A program made the translations under genes and the position numbers. Below, piece after piece: positions 27,563-42,545 of a stretch of DNA of 64,000 bases; the stretch's first letter is position 1, and each line of letters begins with the position of its first letter. The stretch spans positions 186,001-250,000 of the forward strand of contig MU058824.1 of the NCBI GenBank assembly GCA_013265495.1. Reading direction: 5' to 3'. Origin of the DNA: Vicugna vicugna (taxonomy: Eukaryota). The notes beneath the pieces were generated by a model. That model worked only from the letters and a program-made list of their open reading frames with translations. It was not told where the DNA came from and made no database searches.

Positions 27563-27924
27563 CTAGTTTTTATTTTTAATCATTGTTGTTATTAGTAATT
27601 CACAATGAAAAGTTTAAATTTCCAAAATCTGCATAGTTCTAAAATATAATTAAACATTCACTATTTACAGAGAAGAAAGTAGAAAAGAATGTCTGATCAG
27701 AAAAGTGTTTGTAATCTAAATTCATGCAAAAACATGAAAAGATCAGGTATTTATCCAAAAGATCAAAGTGATTAAATACACAATAAATAGATAAGGCACA
27801 GAAAAGAGTGATCACAGCAGAACTGGCTTGGTCAGGGAAAGTTTCCTGAAATGGTAGTTGTGACTCATTTTCTCATATACTCACTCTCCTTTAAAGAATG
27901 CCTTCATTTGTGTTTACTTTCAAT

Positions 27925-28700
27925 TAAATTTTTAAAATTCAGTAAAATATACAATACATAAGATTTACCATCCTAATCATTTTAAAGTGTACTGTTCAGT
28001 ATTGTTCAATACATTCACAGTGTTGTGCAACCAGTCTCTCCAGATGGTCTTCATCTAGCAAAACTGAAACTCTACACTCAGTAAACAACTCCTCATTCCC
28101 TCCTCCCTCTACCTCCTGCAACTACCATTCTACTTTCTGTCTCAATGAATTTGACAGCTCTTGGCACCTCATACAAGTGGAATCATACAGTATTTGTCTT
28201 TTTGTGACTGTGTTATTTTCATTAATGATGTCCTTGAAGTTTATCCATGTTGTAGTATGTGTCAGAATTTCCTTCCTTTTTAAGGCTGAAGAATATTCCA
28301 TTCTATGTATGTAACTAATTTTATTCGTTCATTCATCCATTGATGACTATTTTGGGTTGCTTCTACCTTTTGGCTGTTGTGTATAACTCTTATGAGAATG
28401 GGTGTAGAAATACCTCTTTGACACCATACTTTCAATTCTTTGGGGTATATACCCAGAAGCAGAATTGCTCAATCATAGGGTAATTCTATTTTAAATTTTT
28501 TAAGGCTTGCCATACTGCTTTTCATAGTGGCTATACCATTTTATATTCCCACCTATACAAGGGTTCCAATTTCTCCATATTCTCACTAACATTTGTTATT
28601 TTCTATTTTTTTTAATAGTAGCCATTCTAATGGGTGGTATCTTATTGTGGTTTTGATTTGCATTTCTCTAATGATTAGTGATGTTGAGCATCTTTTAATT
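27925..28700 (-). mobile_element. Old L1M 3' fragment
   Basis: Antisense L1 motifs (gtggttttgatttgcatttctctaatgattagtgatgttgagcatc). Confidence 0.85.
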
Positions 28701-31059
28701 TTAATTTTAATTACTCAATTAATACATGTTAATTTAGAAGAAATAGGAAAGTTTCATCTAAATAAAAGTGAGGAAAAGAAAATCACCTTTAATCTCACAA
28801 GCATAGATAATCACCTCTAATATTTTTGTAAGATTTCATCCAGACAGTTTTCTACATACTCATAAAAATGCAAATTAATAGGAACATGCTATCTTTACTA
28901 TGTTTTAACCTTTTAACAACATATCACTCTTAATATTTTCGTTTTAATAAGTGTTAAGTACAGTGCAACTTGAAATGACTGCAGACTATTTCCATATGTA
29001 AATTTATTATACTTGATTTAGCCGAACCCCTATTGCTGAAACTTTAGATTGTTTTTAAATTGGGGACATTGTAAATAGCCCATAGTTATTGTCTACTAAA
29101 GGAGGGTGGGAAATAATCTTTACAAATATTAACAAATGTCTGCTATCTCCCCCTCGAAAAAATGAAGAGCCTTCCACATCTTCCTCCACTTCAAATCATT
29201 ATATAGAATTTGTGTTCTTTTGTCCTTTATTATATTGTTTCTACAATTGGGTCTATTCCTTGTCAATAATGTCTCTCATTTGTTTCAGTATTATATTTTC
29301 CAAATGCCTCTAGATTTGGATTTCTACTCTTTTTTCCTTGCTAGGAAGTTGAATATATGTGATTAGGTCTCTAATGATTTTTGGAAGATAAGTTTTAATT
29401 AACTGGTGGGCATAAAACTCTCCTTGCAGGAAGCCAAGTAGTGTGCTGAAGAAGTGTCAGCATTTTGAGAAATTTGAAGTTAAAGCAGCCATGTTGAATA
29501 TATTTATAAATAGCTCCATCTCTTTCTTTCACCTACCCTTACATCCTATCACAGGTATCCATCATCTCTTACCTGGGTTATTAAAATAGCCCTGTTTTTA
29601 GCATAACTCTGTAACTCCTACCCTGAATTAATAAGGATGGCTATGTTGCTAGAAAAACAAGACTAACAAAATTCAGTGGCTTGAAGAACAATAAGTTCAT
29701 TTCTCATCTCCATCCAGAGTAGATTTTCAAGTCAGCGGGTGACTCTCCTTCATTTAGAGATTCAGGGAGCCAAACTCCTTCCATCTTGGGTCTCAGTCAT
29801 CTGCTGGGACATTTTGCTCATTTGTCCAATTGAGGCAGAATTACCATGTCCATATTTCAGCTGGTGGAAAGAGAAAGTAAAACAAGTTTCAGTCTCATCT
29901 GGAGGTGCTAGTGTGGGAGTACTGCACACACTTCCATCACTTCCATCTCTTATTCTATAGAGCATACCTAAGCAGTCATACCTAACCCAGTGGAGGCTGG
30001 GGGATGTGGTCTGGTTGTGTGCTCAGGAAGAAAAGGAGCCTAGCCTTTCACAGACAGCTCTCAGTCCCTGCCGCCACCCACCCCAGCTTTGTTTACCCTC
30101 CACACTGCTATCAATGCTGGCTAGCTGAATCCCAAATCTGATCATGTCATTCCCCTGCTTAAAGAAATATACAGTGGTTTTCTATCATTGAACACCAAAT
30201 ATTTTTATTATGAACCTATTAGGGGATGAATACTATAGATACACTGAGAAGAAAAACAAAGATTCTGTATTTGTCCTTCTGGAGCTTACAGAGGAGCCTA
30301 AATCCTGAGAATCATGTAGTTCTTCCTTCTCCTTCACCCTACACCCAATTCATCACAAAGCCTCATGAGTTCTACTTTCAGCCAAAGTACTACTCTGCAC
30401 CCCTCCTTCCTTTTCTTGCCAATGTCACCACCGTAGATATTTTTTAAAGTCCTAAATTATGTAGATCCTATATAATCAAGTTTACAAAGGGCTTTATCAA
30501 ATGAGCCATGAATGTGCCAAGTGTGCAGGGAAATGAGGCATTTAATTTTAACTAATTTGTTGACGATTATCTCTTCGGATGTTTATTCTGACTCTGCTCT
30601 AGCTTGAAGATGGGAGGAAAACCTTTTCGAGAAATACTGTTGGATACCCCTTCCTTTGTAGAATGGCTAGATTCATTAGCTGTGCTGCTGGCCCATGAGA
30701 TTTCCTCTCATATTTTTACCAAAAACTCCCTTTAATTTTAGTTGTTTGACTGGCTTTCTGCTCCTAGCCACCAAAAGATCCTTCAGTAAAACATTGTTTT
30801 TTGAAAAGTGCATTTAACATCTAATGTGGATATTGCACAGTACTGGATGATGGAGTGTTACCATACCATCCTGCTTGAAAAGTGCTTTGGCAGTGACTGG
30901 TCTAAAAAGGAGCAAGGCATCTGTGTTATTTTTCTATTGCTGCTGTTACAAAATACCACAGATATACATGTAGTGGCTTATAATAATATCCACTTATGAT
31001 CTCACAGTTCTGCAGGTCAGAAGTCTGCACTTATATCTAAATGCTTAAAAAATATTTCC

Positions 31060-31634
31060 TCTAGTTTTATTGAAAAATAATTTGACATACATCAGTGCAT
31101 AAGTTTAAGGCATACAGAATGATGGTTTGATTTACATATATTGTGAAATGACTACCAGGATAGGTTCAGCTAACATCCATTTTCTCATATTGAACACTAA
31201 AAAGAAAGAAGAAAAGACTGGAAAAAAGAATTTCTCCTTATGATGAGAACTCTTAGGATCTACCATCTTAAGAACCTTCCTGTATATGAGACAGCAGTGT
31301 TAGCTATAGTCATCATACTGTATATTATGTCCCTGCTACTTATTTATCTTATAACTAGAAGCTTGTACCTTTTGACCACCTTCCTCCAATTCCTCCTCCC
31401 CCCAGTCCCCACCACAACCACAAGTCAGATCTCTTTTTCTATGAGTTTGGGGTTTTTTGTTTTTGTTTTAATTTTTTTTTTAGATTCCACGTGTGAGATC
31501 ATACAGTGTTTGTCTTTCTTTGTCTGACATATTTCACTTAGCATAATGTATTCAAGTTCCATCTATGTTGTCACAATAGTAGTATTTCTTCTTTTTGTGG
31601 CTGAATTATATTCCATTATATATATTTGTGTGTG

Positions 31635-31666
<32 letters not shown>

Positions 31667-31745
31667 GACACACACACACACCACAACTTCTTTATCCATT
31701 CATCCATCAGTGGACACTTAGGTTGTTACTATGCCTTGGATATTG
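31060..31745 (-). mobile_element. L1 3'UTR fragment with compound microsatellite (TG/TC/TA/CA, about 31620-31680)
   Basis: tagattccac...ccattcatccatcagtggacacttaggttg motifs. Confidence 0.8.
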
Positions 31746-32240
31746 TTAAAACAATAATATTTTAAAAACATGTAACAATGAACTACAGTTAACATGATTT
31801 GTTCCAGTTATGGGATTGTATCATAACCTCAGTCTATAATGTAGTATCTTGCTTCTTTTGATCAAAATAATGTCTGTGAGATTGATCCATGTTGTGTGTT
31901 TTAGCTGTTCCTTTATATTGCTGAGTAGTATGAATATATCACCATTTATTTATTCATTTTTCTGTTGATGGACATTTGGGTTGTTTCCAGTTATGAATAA
32001 AGCTGCTATGAGTACTTTTGAACAAAGTTTCCCATAAACGTAAGTTATCATTCCTCTTGTGCAAATACTTAGGAGTGGAATTACTGGGTCATATTGTAAA
32101 TATACGTTAAACTTGATAAAAAACTGAAGAACAGTTTTCAAAAGTGAACATACCATTTTATAGACCTCCCAGCAAAATATGAGAATTCTTGTTATTCCAC
32201 TTCCTTGCTAACTATCTGATGTTGTCATATTATATGACAG

Positions 32241-32734
32241 TGAAGGAAATCAGAATATGTCACCCCAAAATATGTTGAGTATTTTGAATGAAAGTCACTT
32301 AAGAAGCAACAGGTACAAAAAGACATTCTGATCCTCCTTTTCCTTTCAAAAGTAGGAGTTAAAACTCCCGTGTGAAAGGTACCCTCCCCGTACCAGGAGG
32401 AAAGAAGACGTTTTTATCAGCCCAGAGACTGGAGCAATCTGCAAACAATCTTACTCCATTCTACCTTCCCACAGCTGGCTGACCTCGGAAGCCTAAACTG
32501 GTTTCTTTTATCTTGTCATTTCTCTGCAAGTTTATTGTTCTTTGTTCAAGATGCTATATAGGCAGGAATTCTAAGCTGCCATTTCCAGTTACTTTTGCTT
32601 AGGTTTCTCCCCTTTGATATGTGGTGTGCCCTGCAGGTGTTAATAAACTGGTTTTCTCTTGTTAAGATTAACAACTCTTTTTGGTAGAGTCCAAGCTGAA
32701 AACCTAACGTGAGTAAAGTTTTGCCTCTTTTACA
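32241..32734 (+). mobile_element. ERV1 solo LTR (MER34/MER39-like)
   Basis: Starts tgaaggaaatcagaatatgtcaccccaaaatatg; tatata and aataaa signals; ends ...ctcttttaca. Confidence 0.65.
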
Positions 32735-33353
32735 AGAGGGATTATGCCCAATTTGCCCTCTGTCTTTCTGTCTGTATATACCTGTTTCATCCTCACAGTG
32801 ACCCAATAAAATAGGTACTAATTTCACTCACATTTTATAGATGAGGAAACTCATACATAAATATGAAATCATTTGCCCAAGGTCATACAACTTTCAAATT
32901 ATGGTGCAGGGAATTTAAACTGGTAGCCTGTCTCTCACTCATGGCTCACTGGCTCTCCAGGTATAGCTTGTACTGAGAGAGAGCTGTAATATACAGTTAG
33001 CATATACTATACCATATTTTACACATATGTATTTTATGTAATCCCATTACTTCACTCTTATGTAAAAATGAGAATAGCCCTGAATAGGTGATCTTATGAA
33101 TTTGACACTTGTACCCTTTGCCTGTCACAAACATCCTGGTTATTTTGCAAAGCTTTAGATGCTTAGGTGTATTTTTCCATCCTGGGTCATGGAGATGATT
33201 CCAAAGAAGGGAGGAGGACTGAGAAATGGCTGTCGTGTCACGGCAGAGTGACGATGCTCTTAGGTCATCTCTCAAATCCAAACATCCGATTTACTTCTTT
33301 ACAATGAAACAGACTTCTGCATAAGTAGGAAGTGTGTGTGAACCATTTGCTAA

Positions 33354-33822
33354 TGTGGAAGGAAAATAAAAATGGAGTTGATATCGCTAAGAGAGCACTC
33401 TAAAATGAAGCCAGGAGGCCACTGAGGATGTGTAACTTACGCAATGCTTGGCCTGAATGGAATCTGACCTTTTGACCACGTATTGTCTGAATGAAGGCCT
33501 CCAGAACATCTGCCAGAAACCCATGATACCTATGGAGCCCTTACCCTAAAATAACTCATGACAGCCTATCTGTTTATCTGACCCTTACCCTAAAACAACT
33601 AGTGACAGCCATCCCTTAAGGACAAATATTTCCCTGTTTGTGTCAAAGTTCAGCCTCATGGCTTTTGCCTTTATAAGCTCCTGACCCTTTCTCTTCCCCA
33701 GAGCACTCTTGGTTTTACTTGAATCTGTGCCTCCCTAATTGCGATTCTTAAGACCCCAAATAAATTATTTTCTTATTTGCAGGCCTCTGCGTTTGGCTTT
33801 GGTTTGGTTTGGTTTGACTAAC
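33354..33822 (+). mobile_element. ERV solo LTR with internal direct repeat
   Basis: TG start, cccttaccctaaaa(t/c)aact...tgacagcc repeated (about 33538 and 33582), TATA-like tttataag about 33670, aataaa about 33759. Confidence 0.6.
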
Positions 33823-35243
33823 ATTAAAGAAAAGTTAGTTTTCTTACTTTATAATTATTAGTCCCTGTAATTATATTTCATGCAAAAAGAATAAGTGATG
33901 CAGAAAAGGAAAGACATTAATTTGAAATATTTTTCTGGTTTTAGTTTGCAACTGATAAAAATGTGCATATATTTGTAAATGTATGAATGTGCTTGTATGT
34001 ATTTATTTATTTAACTTAACAAAATATATTTTGCTCGAAGAGTTTCTTTGTTCTTTCCTATATTCCATGAAGACAAATGAGAGAATTTGTGTTTTCTGTT
34101 ATCTGAGGTCCACACTGAAAACAGAAACAAAATTTGGAATTTAGATTTAGTGATAGTAAAATTACAAATCTATTAAGATTCATAAATTATAAAGATGATA
34201 TTATTACAAAATCTCAGCATTTCTGAGCATATCTTATATCTCACAGTAAAATCAGTTTGTTTTGCCTGAGTACTCAAAAAGAAATTTTTTAATTCCCAGT
34301 TCAGGTTTTGCACAACTGCAGAATTAATGGTGATGATCATATGATAGGAGCAGATTTATATGTGTGTGAGAAGTGGTGGTTATGAGGAGGCCCAAATAGA
34401 AATTATAAACAGGGAAATAAAATTTCATTTTTTTAGAGTTAAAATACAGAAACTGTATGTATTGGTTTTGAGTTAGGGATGTGTCACTTAAAAAGAAAGA
34501 CAGGCTTCTAGGATTGCAAGACTGAAGAGAAATTGAATTTATTTTTATAGCTAAAGAAAGAATATGCCCATCAGAAGAGGAATTGATGGCCATTTTAAAC
34601 AAAGGAAAAGGGAAATTCCTAAAGAAAATTTTGGCTCTGCTCATTTAATAGTACTCAGGGGAAAAAACTTACTTGAAAACTTCAGAAATCTCTTTCTCAA
34701 TTGCAAATCTAACCCAATTTTGAAAGTGGTTGTATCAAGTCTCTTACTAATTGTCATTCAGGTTAACTTATTCCTTTTGTTCTGTTTCCGTGTCCACTGT
34801 TCAGCCTTGTGGTCATAATTTTTCTTTCTTCCCATGGAGGTGTGCTTGTCGGAAGAGAATGTGCTAGGGTTATTACCTTGAGTTTTCTGGTCTCTGTAGC
34901 CACTGAAGTTTTATTACAAATCCAAACATTGACACTCAGCGTTTGTACACTACCCGCTTTGAGGTTGGTTAATGTAAGCTTACTCTAAGCCTGCCTAAGC
35001 TAACCTTTAAACCTTCAAGGGGTAAGAGTCAGATCCTGCAGGCACGGTAGTCAGCTTATCAAGTTAATGGTACAAATTAGCAGCATTTACACCCCAAAAG
35101 ACCTCTGCATCATAATTTCCTTTCAAAACATTGACACAGTTGCTGCTCATCTCATGAATCCATTGAAATATAGTGAAATAAATTTACAGAGAGCCTTTCT
35201 CTCCTAGAAAAGAAAAAAAATTGCCATGTGTTACTTTACAGAA

Positions 35244-35338
35244 GTATGTTCATATCTAACTGAGAAATTGTGCTTTACACTGGAATTTGACACAACATTG
35301 TAAAATGACTATAACTCAATAAAAAATGTTAAAAAAAA
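35244..35338 (+). mobile_element. Short young L1 3' tail
   Basis: actggaatttgacacaacattgtaaaatgactataactcaataaaaaatgtt + A-run. Confidence 0.85.
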
Positions 35339-35835
35339 TCATAAGAACACAAATCATTTTCTTCCGCTGTTTTAAAAGTATCTTCCTGTCCTGCAGATGG
35401 AATGGCCTCTAGTGATGAAAAAAGAAAACATATCTCTAAAATGGTTTTTAAAATTCCATGAAAATAAAACTGATGAAATAGTCAAACTCTTGAAAACTAT
35501 GAAAAACTCCCACAAAGAAATCAAGTGTTTGGGAGGCAAATTTTTGAAAATCATTTCAGTGTTTTAAAACGAACAGATGAGAAATAGTAAAATCAAACTG
35601 CTTTGCAATTACTATATAAAAATCTTATTTTAAAACTATATTATGTATATATACCCCTAAGGATAATATTAAAATCTGACTGTTCTATAATAAATCATAC
35701 TCTGTGTGAGAACAATAGGTTTGTTCATTGGGGAAAAAAAGTAAATTTGTCAGAAGCTACTTGGAAGCACAATGGCAATTTCAGGTAAAATTAAAGTAAT
35801 AATGACATTAACTAACATTTAAAATGAATGCTCCC

Positions 35836-35982
35836 AGGAGGGAGGGTATAGCTCAGTGGTAGAGTGAGTGCTTAGCATGCATGAGATTGGATTCAATCCC
35901 CAGTGCCTTCATTAAAAAAAAATAAAAATAAACCTAATTACCTTCCCCATCCCCCCAAAAAGAAGAAAAACGTTAAAAAAAT
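35836..35982 (+). mobile_element. tRNA-derived SINE (Vic-1-like)
   Basis: A-box, degenerate B-box, tail; degenerate TSD aaaatgaatgctccc / aaaattaattctccc. Confidence 0.9.
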
Positions 35983-37280
35983 AAAATTAATTCTCCCCTT
36001 CTTTTTGTCTCAGAAATTTGGTCTTTCCAATGGTCCTTATTTACTGGTGAGACACCTAGGACCTGGAGAGCTTAAGTTGCCCAGAGTCATAATGCCAAAA
36101 AGTGGTGGAAAAGGATTCCCACCCAGATAGCTTTACAGCTTCATCTTTCAATCACTGCAGCATGTCCCAGAGAACTGATGCTTACTTTAAAATGCAACTG
36201 TTTAAACCTATGTTTCATTCATGTTATATAAGAGAATTCTAGGTAAAGAATTGTTGACCAGGTTATCAAATACAGCGAAAATTTCAACTAGGGACTTGAA
36301 TTCTCTCTGACAATCCTTGATGATTATTGGTAAATCAGTTCACATTCTTTACAATTAATAGTACAAATAAATATGGTCAAAGTAAGTTTGAAGTTAGAAA
36401 TCCCAAACTCATTTGCCTACCTATTCTTGTATTCCCTTTCACAGCGAGATTTTCACCAGAGCACTGGGAAATTCTATTCTAAATGTGTATTCCACAAAAT
36501 ATTAATTTCATTAAATGTTAAAACCTTTATTCAAATAAGTTTGGGGGAATGCTGGACTAAATGAAAATAGAATTCAATTCTTTATTCAAAATTTCTCAGA
36601 GCCTTTAAATTGGTAACATACTTTCCAAGAGGGGAATAAACTATGCAGCATTTCCTAAGTTTATTTAATCATGCAACTCTTCTTTTTTCAAATGAGCATC
36701 TTGTGGCTTAGTATTCCCCTATAGCTGCCCTAAGCCAATTTTTCAGGTACAGATATAAGATTCTTCTTGGAATGTTAGTATGTTCTCTTGTAGTTAGAGT
36801 AGATGAAGATTAACTGTGCCTCCTTAATCTCACTGCTAGGTTATAAGGAAAGCAAGTCTGGGACACAATTATGAGACATTTACTAAACAGAAATTCCTTG
36901 TTAATAAAGCATAAAACAATATGATCTCAATAAAATCCAGGTCTCTGCCCTTTTAAATGCTCTGACCACAGCCTGCATGAAAGAATTAGTTAAGGCAGAA
37001 CTAACAACACAGGCAGAGTTAAGTTAAACTTGTGATTTGTATCAGGGAATCAGACACAGTACCAATGACTGGACTCAAGACCTCTTAGAGATCAAGCCTC
37101 AGGTACCTAAGGTTATTGGCTACAGGGCTTGCTAGATTTTTATTTACTGTTTAAAGAATAGAAGGGGTTCTCCTAAAATATTTCTTCTGAACCAAAAAAC
37201 TTGAATAACACTTGTTTCATCAATGACAGTAAAATCAATTAGCACGCATTTGTGTCACATTGTCTGTACTGAATTATCTT

Positions 37281-38325
<1,045 letters not shown>

Positions 38326-38486
38326 TGTACTGAATTATCTTAAGGCCATTTTAGGCATCATTATACACACACTGGGAAATGTTGCAGGAATAGGTAACAT
38401 TAGTTAGCCTGATTTGTATCTTAGAGTAAAGTGGTCGATGGTGTGAAATTATAAGAGGGGAGAAGGGAAAGAGCTACATCATCAAG

Positions 38487-38592
38487 CAGTGTTGCCAAAT
38501 GTTGTGGTCCATGAACCAACTGCATCAGAATCACCTGCAGTTCTCTTTCAAAGTGAAGATTCATGCTGACCTCAGACCTGCTGAATCAGTTT
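38487..38592 (+). mobile_element. MER5A-like hAT MITE fragment
   Basis: cagtgttgccaaatgttgtggtccatgaacc...catcagaatcacctg...cctcagacctgctgaatcag. Confidence 0.65.
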
Positions 38593-38597
38593 GTATG

Positions 38598-39115
38598 TTT
38601 TTTTTTTAACATTTTTTATTGATTTATAATCATTTTACAATGTTGTGTCAAATTCCAGTGTTCAGCACAATTTTTCAGTCATTCATGGACATATACACAC
38701 TCATTGTCACATTTTTTTCTCTGTGATTTATCATAACATTTTGTGTATATTTCCCTGTGCTATACACAGTGTAATCTTGTTTATCTATTCTACAATTTTG
38801 AAATCCCAGTCTATCCCTTCCCACCCTCTACCCCCCTGGTAACCACAAGTCTGTATTCTCTGTCCATGAGTCTTTAGATTCCACATACGAGTGATCTCAT
38901 ATGGTATTTTTCTTTCTCTTTCTGGCTTACTTCACTTANNNNNNNNNNNNNNNNNNNNNNNNNNCATGTTGCTGGGCGTTATGTTGTCAGTTTTTATATC
39001 TTCTTTATCCAGTCACCTATTGATGGACATTTAGGCTGTTTCCATGTTTTGGCTATTGTAAATAGTGCTGCTATGAACATTGGAGTGCAGGTGTCATCCT
39101 GAAGTAGATTTCCTT
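38598..39115 (-). mobile_element. Young L1 3' fragment containing N gap (38939-38964)
   Basis: Reverse complement of the same L1 tail; [24 protein letters not shown] on -. Confidence 0.9.
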
Positions 39116-40249
39116 TTCTTGCTTTATTTTTAAATGTAAAATGTAACAAGTGAATTAAGAATACACCTACTGCATGATACGGTAAGAACATTCAAATCTT
39201 GCTATTTTATTTTATAGAATGCATAGAAATAAGAAAAAACAATTGCTCACATAAGAGAAAATTAAAAAATTAATCTGTAGAATTTCAAAATTGTGGAGAA
39301 TTGTTGAAATACTGTTCGTGGGCCTCTCATTTACTCACCTATTGTTTTCAGAAAGTAATGGTAATTATAGAGTCTCTGTGTGTGTGTGTAATTTATTGTT
39401 CTAAAATTGTTGAGGTAATGTTTTAAAAAAGTAAATTTCTGACTGTAAAAATAATACGCTAATTGCAAAATGCTGCTCTCAGGGACAGTGTTTTAGAAAT
39501 AATGCCTCAGGCTCTGCAATGGCCATACTCTAATTTTTAAGTTTTTTTTAGTTGACTATGATAAGGAAGATTGTCTTATTTCTTTCCCTGTAAATTTAGG
39601 GATTTTGATACCTGGATTCAGAGTTTACCTTTATAGTTTCCTAGATATGCACATCTCTGTGCCTTAGTTTCCTCAGCGCTGATACGTCAAATGGGAGGCA
39701 CTAGGTTGGCTATTTAGTAGTTGAAAGCTGGCCTTTGTGCTGATTTGATGCTGAGCTGTACCAGTTGTTAAAACCTTTGAGCTAGCACTCTGTCATCCTT
39801 GGGAATAGGAGTATCAACCTGGTAGTTGTACCTTCTGGCTTTCATTGTGGGATCAAGGATGCTACAATGCTATCTGAGTCACAACGGAGCACTTAACCAC
39901 TCTCTAGCCGTGGAAATTGTCAAATTTTTCCTGCTTAGCAGAATTGGTGAGAGGGGCAAAGCAACATCCAGATGTGGGAAGATGTTTCAGGGACTATGCA
40001 TATGTGTAGGACCTGCAATTTAACCTCTGCAATGATAACATGACCTTTTAAAAAAGATTTGTTAAAGGATGTGCTTCCTTACATAAGTGGTCTGTTTGCT
40101 TTTTAGCTTTTTAGGAAACAAGGTTTTGAAGATCACTGCTTAAGTTGAATCAGCTTCATAACCTTTTAGTGAGACTTATAGTTGCATTATTACAGGGCAT
40201 GTCAACATCTCAAGTTTTGGGATATGGTTAAGTAAGTATTTTAAAAATC

Positions 40250-40705
40250 AGTGCTTAGACAAATAATGCATGATTCCATGTACATGAAGCATCTAAAATA
40301 GTCAAACTTAGAAAAGCAGAAAATCTAATGGTGGTTGCCGGGCGAAGGGGGGAGTAGGAAATGGGGGATGTCAGCAGGCATAAAGTTACAGTTATGCAAG
40401 ATGAATGAGTTCTAGAGATCTGTTGTACAACAGAGAGCCTACAGGTAGCAATTTGGTGTTGTGTATTTAAAAAGTTGTTAAGAGGGTAGAGCTCATGGTG
40501 TGTCCTTACCATGAAAATTTTTTTAATTAAAAAAAAACCTAAAGGGACATAAAGAAACGTTCGAAAGTGATGGATATGTTTATTACCTTCATTGTGATGA
40601 TTGTGTCATGGGTACATGCGTATGTCCAAACTCATCATATTGCATACATTAAATATGTGTCATTTTTTGTATGTCAATTGTATCTTAATAAAGCTGTAAA
40701 AAAAT
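40250..40705 (+). mobile_element. Old L1M 3' UTR fragments
   Basis: gttatgcaagatgaatgagttctagagatctg; gtcaattgtatcttaataaagctg. Confidence 0.8.
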
Positions 40706-41949
40706 CAGTACTTGTAAAAACTGATGAAGTTGAAATACAATCTGACACGAGTTAATAGTATTATATCAACTTCAATTTCCTGATTTCAGCAATGCACTAT
40801 GTTAAAATCAAAAACAATGCTGTCATTAGGGTGTTAAATTTGATTTTATTTCACTTTTTGATAGCCATCCTTTCAATCATCTCTTTATGCTATTTACATA
40901 CCCCTCTTTCCCTCTGGTCCTGCCAAGTCATTAATAACACTCTGATTTGTTATTTTTCATATCTTTCTCCATGTTTGCATGATCACATACAAAAATAGAC
41001 ATATCCTGATGTTTACATTTTTGGCTAATTTCATAACAATGTGGTTAGATTACATATACTTTTTCTTACTTGAAAGTACATTGGGAAAAAAATCTTTAAA
41101 ATAACTGGTATAGATGGAACTGAATCTTTTTAATGTCACCAGAAGAGTCAGTGTATCACAGTTTATTCAGTGATTCCCCTTTTAATTGGTATTCCTTTTT
41201 TCCCTAGTGTTAGGCTACTCAAAAATTGTAATAAATACCTCATAAATATGTACTTTGGACTGATTCTTTTATATCTAAATTCTCAGGGGATGGGATTACT
41301 AGATTGAAAGACTATCAATTTAAAAGAATTTTAAGATATTTCCAGACTTCTTCGCCAAATGGCTGCAATATTTTATATTTCCAACTAAGTATGGGAAGCA
41401 AAGCGAAGGAGAAGAATACCCTTTTCCCTTCATCCCTGCCAGCAGATGTTATACTGCCTTGTAACTGCTGTGAGTTTGTTAAGTGAGACATTATATCCTA
41501 CTTTATATTAATTTTACCATTTCCTGACAATCAATAAGATTGAGCAGGTTTGCAAAGTTTATTGATCACTTGGATTTTTTGTGTATGAATTGTTACAAAA
41601 ATAGATTTTGCCCTTTTTTCTATTGAATTATTTTTGTCCCTTTATAATTTGCCAGAGCTCCTTGTATATTGCAGATATTAATAATTTATCTTTCATATGC
41701 ATTGTAAATCTTTCTCCTAAGCTGCTTTTTTTGCCCTTTGTCTATGTTTATGGCATCACTTGCCATACTACATTTCATTTTTTTTAATGTTGTGAAATAT
41801 GCCTGTATTTTTCTTCAATGGCTTCTAAGTTGCCTATCTTTCTAAAGAAAAAATCCCCAATTCCTAAATCATACCATATGGTACCAAATTATCTCTGATG
41901 CTTTTTTGTTATTTTATTTCATTATTTGAAATTTTCATTGAGTGGAAAT

Positions 41950-42545
41950 GCTGATTACTGAGCTATCATCTCTCTGTGTTTTGCATCGTGCCCCTGGCTG
42001 GAGGACTTTGCAAACCCCATTTCACTTTGCCAGCTGGCTCCCTGCTTGGCTCTGTCAGTGGGAAGCAGAAGAGGGAGACTGGAAAGATGGAGGAGGAAGA
42101 AGAGATTTGCTTATTTCTGTTTGTCCCTCCTTTTTGTCAACATCATTGCAGCCATAAGTCCTCACCCAGTGGCAACTTGGTTCCAGAGGAGTGTCCCAAC
42201 ACTTCTAGTTCTGCAGTTTTTGCAGTTTTCCCAACACTTGCAGAAGCAGCATCACTGCACCACCTCAGAGACTGGTCAGTTGGCACCACCCACCTCTCTG
42301 CAGGTCTGACCTCCCCTCAATGTGCCCCATCTCCAACCTTCTAAATTTTAACAATCCCCATTCCTTCCCTCTGTTCCCCTGTCCCTTAGGGCGGTAGCTG
42401 CTTCCACCAGTTATTCTCCTGTGATATCTCAGATCCTCTTTCTGCCTTTTTTATTTCTTGAGTATTTGATTAACAATTCTTTATGTTAAATTCGCTCTGT
42501 TAAAATAGCTGACATGCTTTCTCTTCCCTGACTGGACCCTGAAGG
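41950..42545 (+). mobile_element. Old ERVL-type LTR
   Basis: LTR33-family-like end taaattcgctctgttaaaatagctg...ctgactggaccctga. Confidence 0.45.
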
